Part shown: positions 39,696-53,169 of the stretch, piece after piece | How the letters are laid out: each line of letters begins with the position of its first letter | How positions within the stretch are numbered: the first letter of the stretch is position 1 | Assembly: GCA_951406725.2 (NCBI GenBank) | Contig: OX597815.1 | Location: 138,508,001 to 138,572,000, forward strand | DNA from: Octopus vulgaris | Taxonomy: Eukaryota | DNA length: 64,000 nucleotides | Direction of reading: 5' to 3' | Notes under the pieces: generated by a model | The model's database searches: none | Seen by the model: only the letters and a program-made list of their open reading frames with translations | Told to the model about the DNA's origin: nothing | Program-made: the position numbers and the translations under genes

Positions 39696-40767
39696 GGTTT
39701 GAACTATGAGGATTTATTTGTTCGATCAATCCTGTATTAACGAGCATGTGTTTTCTAATTCCACGAACTAATGCTCAATTAACATAGTTCACAGTCTGCA
39801 TCAGCGAGAAACAATGTATGACAAGGCTGTGTCTTTTGTATTATGGGTACAATCCATTCAGCTTCTAAGTAGTTTCTAGCCGCTTTCATTTTACAGTTAT
39901 GGGTTAACCTGAGGCAATAGAAAAGACATTTGTCCCCGATGCCATGCCATACATTCAAACCTGAAACCACGTGCTTGCAAAATATACTTAACTATTTAAA
40001 CTTCTAAGATATTTGGCCATACTAAGACTATACATACAGATCCAAATGCATGCATGTATTTATACATATAGATATATGTACATGTGGATAAGTACCATGA
40101 AAGAAACTGTTGGTCATTGAGTTACCTTTATAATTTTCTGCCGATTTAAAACATATTTACTCAATATTGTGTTCTATTAATCTTTGCTTTTCTGTTCAAC
40201 CGAACGTACGCTCATATGCGCGTTCAAGCATTAGATATTGCCTGATATTATCACATGACCTGCGACCAGCTTTCCTTCCTCTCTTTCTTTTCCTTTCTCA
40301 CACTGGTCCCGTAGCTGACTAGTCGCAAATTGTCTTCTTTTTTCTATATCCTTTAGGATATCTTCTAAGCGTTACCCAGTATTCTTGTCTTCTTGACCCT
40401 CAGGCCATATTTTGCTTGTTTGTTCCTCCTTGTCCATTGTTCTAAATCACACTTATTCACTTTCGTATGTCCACACTGTGTTATTTTGCCTTGTTTTGTT
40501 TGCTCTCGGCCCTAAATTTCTGCAAAAAGTATTTTTTGCGGACACCGCCAGTATGGGAAGTCTTCAGTCTTGTTACTAATAGTGCGAAACTGAGTGTTAC
40601 CAATTGGTTGATAACTGATGACGAATAAGGGACCTTTTGTGTCTGGCTCCCGTTCGGCTGTACACTCATTATGTACAGCCGGACGGGTCATTATTTACCA
40701 TACATTATTTCATTTTTCATTTATAAAGTAATGGAATGCAACGTATACCGAATTGTGTTAACGAGTA

Positions 40768-40771
<4 letters not shown>

Positions 40772-40830
<59 letters not shown>

Positions 40831-41011
40831 CATATATATGTATATACATATATATATAATATACGTATAATATATAATATACGTATAATATGTATATGTA
40901 TATATGTATTTATATACATATGTATGCATGTATGATATATACTGTATATATAATATACATATATATGTATATATATATTTATATATATATATGCATGTAT
41001 GATATATACTG

Positions 41012-41065
<54 letters not shown>
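40772..41065. repeat. Compound (TA)n low-complexity tract with internal duplications
   Basis: Seen directly; atgcatgtatgatatatactgta occurs twice. Confidence 0.9.
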
Positions 41066-41066
<1 letters not shown>

Positions 41067-41634
41067 GTAGATACTTACCCACTCTAACACGACACCAATC
41101 ATACACACATATGTATGTGTATGTGTGTGTGTATGAAATAAAAGTATAATTTAGTATACTAAAAGCGACTGTTTCAAAGAAATACAAGCCACAATATATT
41201 GTATACTTACTTTATTATTTATTAGTTTCATCTGTTTCTGACAATTGGTTTACTTTTATTTGACAATGACGTTTTGTGTCGGCCGTGTTTTTCGCGTTTA
41301 TCTAAAACACAACATTCTACATTGTTTAATTTTATTTAATTGTCAATCGCCGCTGTATACTACGTTGCAAAGTTATGTATCAGATAAAATTAACAAAACA
41401 TAATTTACAGTGTTTAAAATATCAAAACATACATCATGTAATTGATTGTGCCGAAAATAATAATGTTATATCGAATGTTGTTGCTAAATGTCTTTCGTAA
41501 AATGCTCAATAATAAAAAGAAATATAAGTTTTTCTCTTTTATCTGTTTAGGATTAAGTAATATAAGATATTTAACTAAATATACATATTGATGCGCATAT
41601 ATACACGCATGCTTGTATACGTATACATACCCAT

Positions 41635-41787
41635 ATACTCACTGACTCATTGACTGACTGACTGACTGACTCCCTCCCTTCCTCCCTCTCTCATTCACTC
41701 ACTCACTCACTCACTCGCTCACTCGCTCACTCACTCACTCACTCACTCATTCACTTGCTCACTCACTCACTCACTCACTCACTCACA
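41635..41787. repeat. (ACTG)/(ACTC)n microsatellite
   Basis: Seen directly. Confidence 0.9.
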
Positions 41788-42580
41788 CATATGCATCACA
41801 GTGAACCGGCAGATTTCTTAGTGTTGGATACAATGTCTCACGTTATTTGTTGTAACTTACTGCATCCTGAGTTCAAATCCCCGTCACCGAAAATGTAGTG
41901 ATGCTCGAATTAGGCTTGCAACCTTTCGATAGAATTAGCAATTTGAAAAACCAATGGAAACATACTTCCCTTGATTCGATCGGAAGATCGCCTGCCGTCC
42001 AGACACCCGCGCACACAAACTTAGTATTTACTTTAAATATTTATTATGCATAACCTTTACTTGAAAACTTTCATTATATTATGAAAACTAATAGTGTAGA
42101 TTCCTTTATTAAGTTATATAATTTTCGTATTTGAAAATATGTTCGTGTTAAGACAGTTAACATTAGGAAAACTATATAACATTTATGAGTTTCATAATTA
42201 TGAAAAAAAGATGTTAATATTTCATACAAAGCAACTGAATTTCTTTGAGGCAAATGCGTATTAAATGCAAACAATGTTACGTGTGACATTCAGAATTTCA
42301 TGAACGATATATTTCAAACAAAGAAATCAAAATAATGAAGACGTTGAATAAAGTCAAAGTAAAATTGACAGAGAAAAATCTGTTGTCTAGAAATAAGATA
42401 TTTTATTGAAATTGCAATGCAACCAAAATAATTTTGCTGAATATAAAGTGGAATTTCAGATGAACAGGTTACGGTTGCTTGATGTCTTATATTTACCTTT
42501 TTTCAAACGTTGACATGGACACATATACTCACATGATATGATATAAAAGTATACATACATACGTATATATGTATATATAT

Positions 42581-42800
42581 TACTCTTTTACTCTTTTACC
42601 TGCTTCAGTCATCTGACTGCGGCCATGCTGGAGCACCGCCTTTAATCGAGCGACTCGACCCCGGGACTTATTCTTTGTAAGCCCAGTACTTATTCTATCG
42701 GTCTCTTTTTGCCGAACCGCTAAGTGACGGGGACATAAACACACCAGCATCGGTTGTCAAGCAATGCTAGGATGACAAATACAGACACACAAACATACAT

Positions 42801-42845
<45 letters not shown>

Positions 42846-43014
42846 TATATACGACGGGCTTCTTTCAGTTTCCGTCTACAAAATCCACTCACGAGGCTTT
42901 GGTCGGCCCGAGGCTATAGTAGAAGACACTTTCCCAAGGTGTCATGCAGTGGGACTGAACCCGGAACCATGTGGTTGGTAAGCAAGCTACTTACCACACA
43001 GCCACTCCTGCGCC
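42581..43014 (-). mobile_element. SINE family B, full length
   Basis: Reverse complement is nearly identical to 50127-50545. Internal (CA)n tract and (AGTAAAAG)n tail. Confidence 0.92.
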
Positions 43015-43999
43015 TATATAAATATTTCTTTATATTTATTCAATGTATTCAATTATGTCTACAGCGCCGGTCTAAAATTGGACTTCCTGTTTAGTGAAGC
43101 TCTTTTATAGTATTAACAATAGATATTCTTTTGTTCTTGATGACTGACAAGTACGCGGTCTTTGAAGTTTTGACGCCAAAAGGACTGAAATCTATTTGAC
43201 CGGCCTTTCATGTTCTGTCTAAACTCTAGTACACTTGCATCATATTTATATAGTTACTTGAAACACGCATATAATACAAAACAATATTATCTAGTTTAGC
43301 GCGCAGAAATAAATGTTTGCAGACAACTCACTTGGGGACAAGCAAAAGAATTGCTAGAACTGACTTAATCATCTTCACTTCATTTTATATTACGTTACAT
43401 AATATTAAGCCAAATTGGAAACAATGCAAAACTCGAGATCCTCTAGAGATATGAATTCATTGTTTCGGACTATTAATTTCAAACTCATTTAGTCCCACCA
43501 ATGTTCATTGATTAAATACATGTACATTGGTTTTATTTTCTGTTTCGATTAGGGATTTTTGAAATAGAAGCATTAGTCATACTGTTTATTTATAGTCATG
43601 TGGGCATGAATTAATTTGGTATCATCAGAAGGTCCCAAAAATGAATACTATAGTTTGCTTTCTTCATTTATGAAGAGGGGAAATAAATACAGATGAATTG
43701 AATCCTGTAACTGACACATTTAATATATATATATATAAATAGCTGATATTTAGAAAACTTGGAATGGTTATATTAGAGTATGAAATATTACCTTCTATTT
43801 TCATAGTAGAATTTGAGGCATTTATATCTAATATATTATACATGATTCGTATTTTCTTGTGCATTCTGAGCTAGAAATTTAACTGCTTTCTTTGTTTACC
43901 CTTTTGAAAATCATAGAATTATTTTGACAGAGAACGTGCATGATTTAGCAAAATTATAATGTTTATACATACATGCATCGATGCACACACACATATATG

Positions 44000-44059
44000 C
44001 ACATACATACATACATACATACATACATACATACATACATACATACATACATACATACA

Positions 44060-44105
<46 letters not shown>
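44000..44105. repeat. (CATA)n(TA)n microsatellite
   Basis: Seen directly. Confidence 0.95.
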
Positions 44106-44107
<2 letters not shown>

Positions 44108-44384
44108 TGCATACACAGATACACACACAAATGTGTGTGAGCGTATGTGTGTGTGTTTACATGCGAGTAATAAATAGAACTTGCTCTATATGGAAGGTAG
44201 ACTGGAAAGGAATTAAGAACTCTCTTAGTCTTAAAGAATAAGTTATGTTAAAATAATAAAAGTTTAAAAAGTGCACTGACATAAATTATATTTTTAAAGT
44301 AAATGGATATCCATCGATGGTATGAGTGTTCAAGTTTATCGAGAAACTTTCTATATAATAATCTCTTTCCTACGTTTGTTCTTA

Positions 44385-44950
44385 GTGACCATAGACGAGG
44401 GTCCTAGTTGTCCGCCCTAATGAAGAAGCAGTGTCTGTGGAGCCGATGTCTTCCAGTGTAGAGTGCCCTATAGGAGCCAAACCTTGGAAGTATGATATGG
44501 GGGGCAAGTTGACGTGACGAGGGGTGGCATGCTGCATAATCATGCCACCTGCTTCATGTGATCGATGGATCGAAAGGAATAGCATGTCCGTTACAATTTG
44601 GTATCAGCGTCACCGCAGGAGCTGCAGGAACGAAGTTGCAGACAACACCAATCTGTGACAGGGGATTCGATTCCTGACCTTACCTCAGGACTTGCTCCCA
44701 AGGCCATTACCGCAGTTCTGTATTGGCTGCAAGGTAGCAGAGGTTTGGAATCAGTGTTTTCCTCCTCTTAGATGGTTTTCCCCGGCATGTTGACGGCCTC
44801 CAATTACTCGACTGATTCATTAACTCATAGCTAGGACGCTGACAGGTGTTAATACTCGGAATCAGAGTCGACCTGGGAATAACGGTGGCACCGCACTCCT
44901 CAGAACCTGGAACACCCGAGCCAGTGTGCCACTACTGGTTGCAGTTTGAT
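44385..44950 (-). mobile_element. GC-richer segment resembling an RTE-clade 5' region (tentative)
   Basis: Abrupt GC rise. gttttcctcctcttagatgg...gttgacgg resembles RTE 5' sequences in antisense. This rests on recollection, not an alignment. Confidence 0.35.
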
Positions 44951-45128
44951 TTCATACCCAGAACATATTAAATTTTAGCGTCAAATGTTAGAAGATTGCA
45001 ACTGATAAGACTAATTTAACTATGGGTTACAAAATCGATCCATTCTTTTTCAAATCAATGCAATATTTCATTTCATGAAACACATTTGATACTAGCATTG
45101 CAAATATTAATATTAGGAATAATAACAA

Positions 45129-45324
45129 GGCAGCGAGCAGGCAGGATCGTTAGCGCACTGGACAAAATTCGTCCGTCTTTATGTTCTGAGCTCAAATTCT
45201 GGAGAGGTCGACTTTGCCTTTTATTCTTTCGGAGTCGATAAAAGAAGTTACAATTGATAACTGAGGTTGATGTCGACTCGCCACTACTAAAAGATTTCCG
45301 GCCCTGTGCCAAAATTTTAAAGTG
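45129..45324 (+). mobile_element. SINE family A with a 19-bp TSD
   Basis: atattaggaataataacaa at 45110-45128 and 45325-45343. Confidence 0.85.
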
Positions 45325-46287
45325 ATATTAGGAATAATAACAATAATACGGTTGTGATCAAAAATAGACCTCACTTTTACAAAGCAACCACCTATAGTTT
45401 CTAGTAAAAGAATTTGTGTCTTGGTATAAGTGAATATAACTTTAAACCCTTTTGATGAACTGTTCTAGAAAACAGCAAATGCAAACATAATTTCTACACA
45501 GCCATTGCTTGAGTGGAATATACTTTTAATGTAACTCAATAGATAAGTTTATTCACTAAAGGTTTGGATTAGAGCTATTATTCTGTGCAGCCATATTCCT
45601 ACAAGGGGAAAAAGCCTATTTAATCTGGAATTGTCTATTACAATGTTGAACCAACAATATTGATTTAAGTTATGTTCAAGATGCGATATATTCGTTATAT
45701 AAAAGTGCCTTTCACTCATGACAACAATCTAATTGCTATTTCGTGTTGTGCGAAGACATTACATTCACTTTGATATATTTACTAAGTTGAATATCCGGTC
45801 AATCGTCACTTTTAGGTGACCGAAACAGTTCCTTATTGTCTGGCATAATTGTAGAGATGGAATTTGATTCAACCAATGAATCCGTCGATTTCTTGATTGA
45901 TCAGGCATGAATTGTCATCGATAATTTCAAATATTAGAATATTAAAGTCTCTTGATATTGATCTACATTCTCCTCTCTGCTCAGATATAGTGATGGCAAA
46001 TAAAAGAAGTCTTTTAATGTAAATCTCCTTAAACTATTTCATGCATTTGAGGCTTTTGAAGAAATGGAAATATGTCGCTTATATGTGTTCAGCAAACAAT
46101 GGCCTCTGGTGTTCTACCACATCTAAATGCAATCACCTGAAGTACTTTGTTATTCAACTAGTTAATCCTCTGCATTGCTACTTTATGTCATTTGTTTGAA
46201 ACTTCAATAGAATGTATCTGAACATTCGTAAGAAACTTGTTATAGAATTTCATGACTGTTTGGAAACAACGTAAGCAGGATAGAAGA

Positions 46288-46442
46288 ATTTGTGTACACA
46301 CATACATACATACATACATAAATACATACATACATACATACATACATACATACATACATACATACATACATACATAAATACATACATACATACCATACAT
46401 AACTTCATAAGTGCATACAAACAAACGTATATACATACATAC

Positions 46443-46507
<65 letters not shown>

Positions 46508-46510
46508 TCT
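46288..46510. repeat. (CATA)n/(TA)n microsatellite
   Basis: Seen directly. Confidence 0.95.
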
Positions 46511-47618
46511 GTGTGTGTGCGAGTGTGTGGACCTATATATATGTATTATAAATATATGTTTATCTCTTATGATAAAAGGCAGATTTTCTCTGTCTCCCAA
46601 ACCGTTCGTTTTTTATATAATTCTACAATATAGAATTTCTTCAATTGGAATTTACCTATCATTTTTACAAGTAGATTCCATCGGGTCGTGGCATGTAAAG
46701 TTTTTTCAATTTCACCCCCAATTAAGCAAAAATTCGAGAAAAGTAAATATTTTACGATTTCCCTCTTTCATTTCAAGTGCTTCACTCCTACCATTACCAC
46801 TACACATTCTCCTCCTTTCTCTTTGGAAGTGTGCAACAATTAAAGTGAAAGTATTTATATAAAAGGGATGAGCAATTAATACTGGTCATCCTTTTTGCTA
46901 GAAGAAGATCCGCTGTGGTCTTATATGCTACACCACTGGTTTTCAATTCATATTAATCAAATTAATATTCAATTTTTTACCCTTATTATGTGTGTGTGTA
47001 TTAGCAATTCGTATAAAATTGCATCAATGACTTGAACTTGAATAAGTGGTTTCACATAAATGGGGATACATTAAAAAGGTTTGTTGTTATTATTATTACT
47101 GTTTGACTATTGTAATCACGTTTGTTGGTTCCTCGTCAGGGAAACGTTGTTGTGTTGCATATGTTAAATAATTGTAAACCGTAACCCTCCCCTTTCGGAG
47201 AAAGGGCTTTGGTTATTGTTTTAAAATTGAATTGTGTCCCTGTTTGGGGAAATTGACAATATTTTCACCGTCTTTACGGAAGCATTTTTGTTAAAATGCC
47301 TTCGATAGAAGAAAGTCCAAAAATGAATTTCGCTGCAGCCGTACACTTCTATACAAGATCCAATTGATCGAAATGGCAAGAGACGGGCCTACAATTCCAG
47401 TCTGTTATATATTTTGAGTATTGTTATCACTAGCGATATCAAGATATAACTTTGTATTTTGTATTTTATGTGCAGATGTATATATATATAGATGTACATG
47501 TAATATGTACACATATATATATACACATATATACATGCATAATATATCTACCCATACACACACACGCACACACACACACACACACACATGCATAGGGGCA
47601 GGTGTGGCTGTGTGGTAA

Positions 47619-48942
47619 CAAACTACGTTCGAAGATACTGTACTTGATATGGGCGGTAGTGCTTTGCCGGTCTATGACCTACCTTCAACAAACCGGGAAG
47701 GCACAAACACTCTGTCTTCACATTTGCTGCGTGAGACATGTTTTAATGTTGACGAGCTTGCCGAGTACATAGCCGACAATGAGCCAAAGCTCCTTCCAGA
47801 ACAGAAGTTCGCTTACAACTCCGTTGTTAATTCAGTCCGGACCAAAGCTGTGGGGATATTTCTCCTGGACGCTCCTGGGGACACTGGGAAAACTTTTCTC
47901 AGCAAATTAATATTGGCTGAGATTAGGCGAACACAAGGCATTGCCCTAGCTGTGGCATCATCTGGAATTGCGGCTACTTTGTTGCCAGGCGGCAGGACAG
48001 CTCACTCCACTTTCAAGCTTTCGCTTGACTTAGCGAAGACTGAGACACCAACTTGCAACATCAGTAACGGCTCTGATCAGGCAGAAGTCTTCAGACGATG
48101 AAAGCTTGTCGTTTGGGATGAATGCACGATGGCCCACAGAGGTGCTCTTGAGGCACTAGATAGATCTCTCAGAGACATCAAACACTCTTCAGCTCCCATG
48201 GGAGGCATAACACTTCTTCTTTCAGGGGACTTCCGACAAACACTTCCCGTTATTCCCAAAGGGACTACGGCTGATGCAGTAAGTGCATGTCTTAAGTCAT
48301 CCACATTGTGGCCACTGGTGAAGACTCTCAAACTTCACACCAATATGCGTGCTCATATGCGACGTAATATCAGATCAGCAGCATTTTCTCACACCCTCCT
48401 TGCACTTGGCGAAGGCAAAATACCAGGGGATGAAAATGGTAATATTACCATCGATTCCATTTGTACCATTGTTAAAACGCCTTCTGATCTCAGAGATGCA
48501 GTGTTCCCAGATCTACAAGCTAATTATCAGAATATGGATTGGATTGGCCAAAGGTCTATTCTGGTCCCGAGGAATAAAACTGTTCACCATATTAATGATG
48601 AAATGCTAAAACTCATTCCTGGGGATGTCTATGTATATAAGTCTATCGATACAACTCCTGACCCAGAGGACGTCATCAACTATCCAATAGAGGTACTCAA
48701 TTCCTTTGAGCCCCTCGGACTACCACCACACATTCTCAAACTTAAAGTTGGTGCCCCTATAATGCTCATTAGAAATTTGGTTCCCCCAAAACAATGCAAT
48801 GGCACACGTTTGATCGTTAAGTCCTTATCTCCCACCGTAGACTTATATCAATATTTGCCTGAATAATCATCATAATTCAGTGCAATCATTAACAGTACTT
48901 TCAAGCAATTCAGCCCCGAGCTTCGCCGGGCAATTCTGCTAG
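47619..48942 (+). mobile_element. Helitron fragment with an intact 3' terminus
   Basis: PIF1 helicase coding region, then hairpin cccg-a-gc-ttc-gc-cggg (48915-48930) and CTAG (48939-48942) followed by T and (TA)n. Confidence 0.92.
47649..48866 (+). pseudogene. Helitron RepHel PIF1-family helicase (motifs I-IV), one in-frame stop
   Basis: LDAPGDTGKT (Walker A with G>D), ASSGIAATLLPGGRTAHSTFKL, VWDECTM, GDFRQTLP, LKLKVGAPIMLIRNL...CNGTRL. TGA at 48099-48101. Motifs V/VI are absent. Confidence 0.92.
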
Positions 48943-48973
<31 letters not shown>

Positions 48974-49343
48974 ACATGCATGTACATACGTACGCGCACA
49001 TGTGTGTGTGTGTGTGCCGACGCGTGTTTGTGTGCTTGCCATCCTGAAATAATAATTTTTAGTAGGTAGAGGGTACTTGTTATTAAGCTGTTATTGATGT
49101 TGCCATGTTACTTCTCTGTTGTTTGCTGTAATAACGTGGATATTTAATAATTGCCATACCACATCACTCTCCAAGAGGAACGTGACCTCCCCCCACCAAA
49201 AAAAACACAACAACAATGATTTCAAGTCATGTTACTACCTTTGATACTCTGCTAGAGATTATTCTGCATCCGTTTGTATTATCCTGCATCGGTATAAATT
49301 ATATCATTATACACTTTCATCTCAATTTTTCAATATAATAAAA

Positions 49344-49455
<112 letters not shown>

Positions 49456-50126
49456 GTTAAATAATAAATGAGAATATTTAAATATATTCATAAATTGTGA
49501 AATTTAGCACCTGCTTAAGTAATATATGAGTTCTTTTCGTAAAAGTATCATGTGGTTTGTTTTGTTTGTTTTTCTTCAGACTATCATCTAGTTTGTTTCA
49601 GTTAATGTAAAACAATTTTTTTTAAAGATTCCATATTTTAAGGAGAAATAATAATTACATTGAAAAATGCAAAATTGAACGGAATAGACATTTCGTGATT
49701 CGGTTTTAATTAGAGGCTAGAATAAGGAAAACAAATTACAAGATGTAGAATTTATTACTAAAACATGTTACATGTTTTAATATTAAGTATTTAGATTAGT
49801 GTGGGAATATGTTTCAACATAGAAATTTCAGCCGTATAAAAGATGTGTAACTAAGATTGCATTAGCGTGTGATATGGCAACATTATGAAAGAGATATTGG
49901 TAATCGGTGAATCAATCTTTAAAGAGAAAAACAAATGTTCAAATATCTGGTAAAGATTTCGATATAGTCATCCAGATTATGGTGACTGAAAGCAGGAAAA
50001 ATACATCTATAATCATATATTGTGATAATATAAAAGTCATGTAGTGAAAACGAAATCCCAGGACTTATAAATATGCACAGCATATACAAAATAGTACTAC
50101 GAAGCATTAAAGAAATACCTCGTATA

Positions 50127-50545
50127 GGCGCAGGAGTGGCTGTGTGGTAAATAGCTTGCTTACCAACCACATGGTTCCGGGTTCAGTGCCCCTGCGTGGC
50201 ACCTTGGGCAAGTGTCTTCTACTATAGCCTCGGGCCGACCAAAGCTTTGTGAGTGGATTTGGTAGACGGAAACTGAAAGAAGCCTGTCGTATATATGTAT
50301 ATATATATATGTGTGTGTGTGCGTGTATGTTTGTGTGTCTGTGTTTGTTCCCCTAGCATTGCTTGACAACCGATGCTGGTGTGTTTATGTCCCCGTCACT
50401 TAGCGGTTCGGCAAAAAGAGACCGATAGAATAAGTACTGGGCTTACAAAGAATAAGTCCCGGGGTCGAGTTGCTCGACTAAAGGCGGTGCTCCAGCATGG
50501 CCGCAATCAACTGACTGAAACAAGTAAAAGAGTAAAAGAGAGAGT
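50127..50545 (+). mobile_element. SINE family B (tRNA head, CORE-like domain), full length
   Basis: ggcgcaggagtggctgtgtggtaa (A box), gggttcagtgcc (B box), accttgggcaagtg (CORE-like), internal TA/TG tract, tail caagtaaaagagtaaaagag. Confidence 0.92.
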
Positions 50546-51678
50546 AGAGAGTAGAGAAATGTTAATTCAGTAGAACCACAATGCATACGTCTAAAGTGCA
50601 CAGCGCTTGATAACGATGATCCCCTTCTTCTTTCTCGTCTTCTCACTCTTCATCGTCATCATTTTCATTCATTTACTCTCTTACAATGAACTTTTCTACT
50701 GTCTCTCTTAAGTTTTTAATGCTGTGCGATGGACGTCAGACGCTCCACAATTCTTTTTTCGAAGCTGGGCGATACTATGGCAGAGTTTGATTCATAAACA
50801 TTATTAATATAATTAGGGATATTTTCTTTATCAACAGAAAATTTCAATCCTTTTGTGGGTGGGCTTAAATATTTTAATGTATTTATATATAGATATAAAA
50901 TGCTTAACGTCATTTGCATGTTTTTTCGACAGAATCGTTAATTTCTGTAGATTCCGTATAGGTGATTTATTCATATAATTCTGATATTTTATGTATAATG
51001 CTAGAACAATATGGACTCATCTTGCAGTTCTAAACATCTTACTTTGTAGCAGTTAATGTTTGCGTCATTGTTGGCAAAACCAGAATTTCTCACATTCGAC
51101 AACATATTAAGTTAAATAATGTACAATGAATCAATTTTCTTATCTTACAAAATCGTACTAAACTTTAGGCTAATGTAATTAAGTTATTTGCGATTATTCT
51201 CCGAAAATATACTTAAGACTAAATAGCAAATACTAAAATACATTTTCTATACGTTTTCCTTCAGATGTGTTTAATTTTTTTAAATTTGAATTATTAAGTC
51301 TTCGTGTGTAGTATTTTAATAGCATTACTTTAGTAAAAAAAATTAACAACTGAGATTTCTCTCTCGTTTCACAATAAGAAATTTATGAGTCTCAAGGCAT
51401 CAGAACCTACCACATACATACACAGATATATATATACACACATGCATCTGTATATATTAAATTCAAATATATATCCCAAGTAAATAGATATTGCTGAATA
51501 AATAAAACATAATTTTGAAATTAATCGTTATTCTTTAAATATGGTATTTCAAAAATTACATGAATAAATATTATTCTAAACTCATTAGAAACACGTGAAA
51601 TAACGGAAAGTACGTTTGACTGCGAGACTATGCGAGACACGCACAACAACACAAACAAAGCTACAAACTCCCACACAG

Positions 51679-51679
<1 letters not shown>

Positions 51680-51740
<61 letters not shown>

Positions 51741-51787
51741 GCAAGCACACACATGCACGCACACGCACACGCACATACACACACACA
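51680..51787. repeat. (CA)n microsatellite
   Basis: Seen directly. Confidence 0.95.
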
Positions 51788-52509
51788 TAGTCGTTTTCCC
51801 AGTTAATATTGTATATGACATGTGATTTGACCTTAGTATTAAGTAATGTAAAAATTTTAATTATCTTAAGATTTCCTTCACTTTTGTCGTTAAATTTGAC
51901 CTTATCTAACATCTAAAAATGTTGTATTTTGTAATTTGAAAATTTATGAACATAATAAAAATAATCAATACAATAAATCTACTTTGGAGATCATTGATGA
52001 ATTCCAAATGGAAACGATATGACTATTGGAATTTAACTCGTGTATCATTGCTTGCAGATAATTATATTATGTCAACTATAAGCAGCATAATTTTGATAAC
52101 CCCGTTATCTGTGTCAATAAATTGTGTCAATAAATTTTGTGTCCATAAATTCTTATTATCTCTGGAAACATATCCGAAAGCCTGCTGGTGTGGGGGCAAT
52201 AATCGAAAATTTGTGCTGATGGCAAATTTTATGACTGTTCAGTTTTAGTTTATGCAGAATCATTATACAAGTCAAACATTTACTCCTAAGTTAAAACAAT
52301 AAAGTTAATATTTCTCACTTATAACTGGAAAATGTTCGAGCAAAACAATCAATATGAAAGACTAGTTTTGTTTCTAAGAACGATTATTGTCTGCCAAACT
52401 TTTGATCAGTTTTCTTATTTAGAACAGCAGGGTAATTGATGAAACACACTCTTGATCAATATTATACAGTTGATCTTTTTCGCTTGAGTATATAGAAATA
52501 TAGATTTCA

Positions 52510-52554
<45 letters not shown>

Positions 52555-52759
52555 GTGAAATAGAAAGATGAATAATCTTGTTGCAGATTAATCAAAAGTT
52601 TAACCGATACTTTGGTAGCAAAAATCACAGCAGAAGACAGCACGGTTGGAGGTACAACCATATGGTGTTGCAACCGTGCGTTGGTGCGGATAATTGAATT
52701 TTAATATTATTAGTGAATTGAAGAAATGGAGTTGAACGAAGATTGAACAGAAATCGTTT

Positions 52760-52852
52760 TATTGCATTCTACACGTGTTTCGAAAGCCACAATTTACCAA
52801 ATTCCGATTGAATAAGGAGACCATATTGTGTCTTTCTCTTCAGGAAGAAATA
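52760..52852 (-). ncRNA. Type I hammerhead ribozyme (intact), minus strand
   Basis: Mirror of 52983-53075: tcttcag 52837-52843, tttc 52778-52781, tac 52770-52772. Confidence 0.85.
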
Positions 52853-52982
52853 GGAATTCCGTTGGCAAAACAAAAACAGAACAGAGGCGCAGCAAAACAA
52901 ATCGAACGAGGCTCCTAAGAGCCCATGGCCAAACTGTTTTGCTGCGCCTCTGTTCTGTTTTTGTTTTTGCCAACGGAATTCC

Positions 52983-53075
52983 TATTTCTTCCTGAAGAGA
53001 AAGACACAATATGGTCTCCTTATTCAATCGGAATTTGGTAAATTGTGGCTTTCGAAACACGTGTAGAATGCAATA
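52983..53075 (+). ncRNA. Type I hammerhead ribozyme (intact), plus strand
   Basis: tatt-tc-ttc CTGAAGA(52992-52998) gaaag-acacaat...attgtgg-ctttc GAAA(53054-53057) cacgt GTA(53063-53065) gaa-tgc-aata. Palindromic ACACGTGT. AATAAA at 53072-53077. Confidence 0.85.
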
Positions 53076-53127
53076 AAACGATTTCTGTTCAAACTTCGTT
53101 CAACTCCATTTCTTCAATTCACTAATA

Positions 53128-53169
<42 letters not shown>

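Larger units (their letters stand above)
52704..53131. mobile_element. Near-perfect foldback element (196/197-bp arms, 35-nt spacer) with twin HHRs
   Basis: By eye, 52704-52899 and 52935-53131 differ by one substitution and one 1-nt indel. The right arm runs into (TA)n. Confidence 0.92.

Noticed and set aside
47040-47145. Minus-strand CTGACGA...GAAA
   Set aside because: No stem II pairing and no stem I complement.
47649-48866. Host PIF1 helicase gene
   Set aside because: Intronless, with an in-frame stop, altered Walker A and truncation, and followed by the Helitron hairpin-CTAG end.
52794-53060. 88-aa ORF across the palindrome
   Set aside because: Incidental reading of inverted-repeat sequence with no protein motif.
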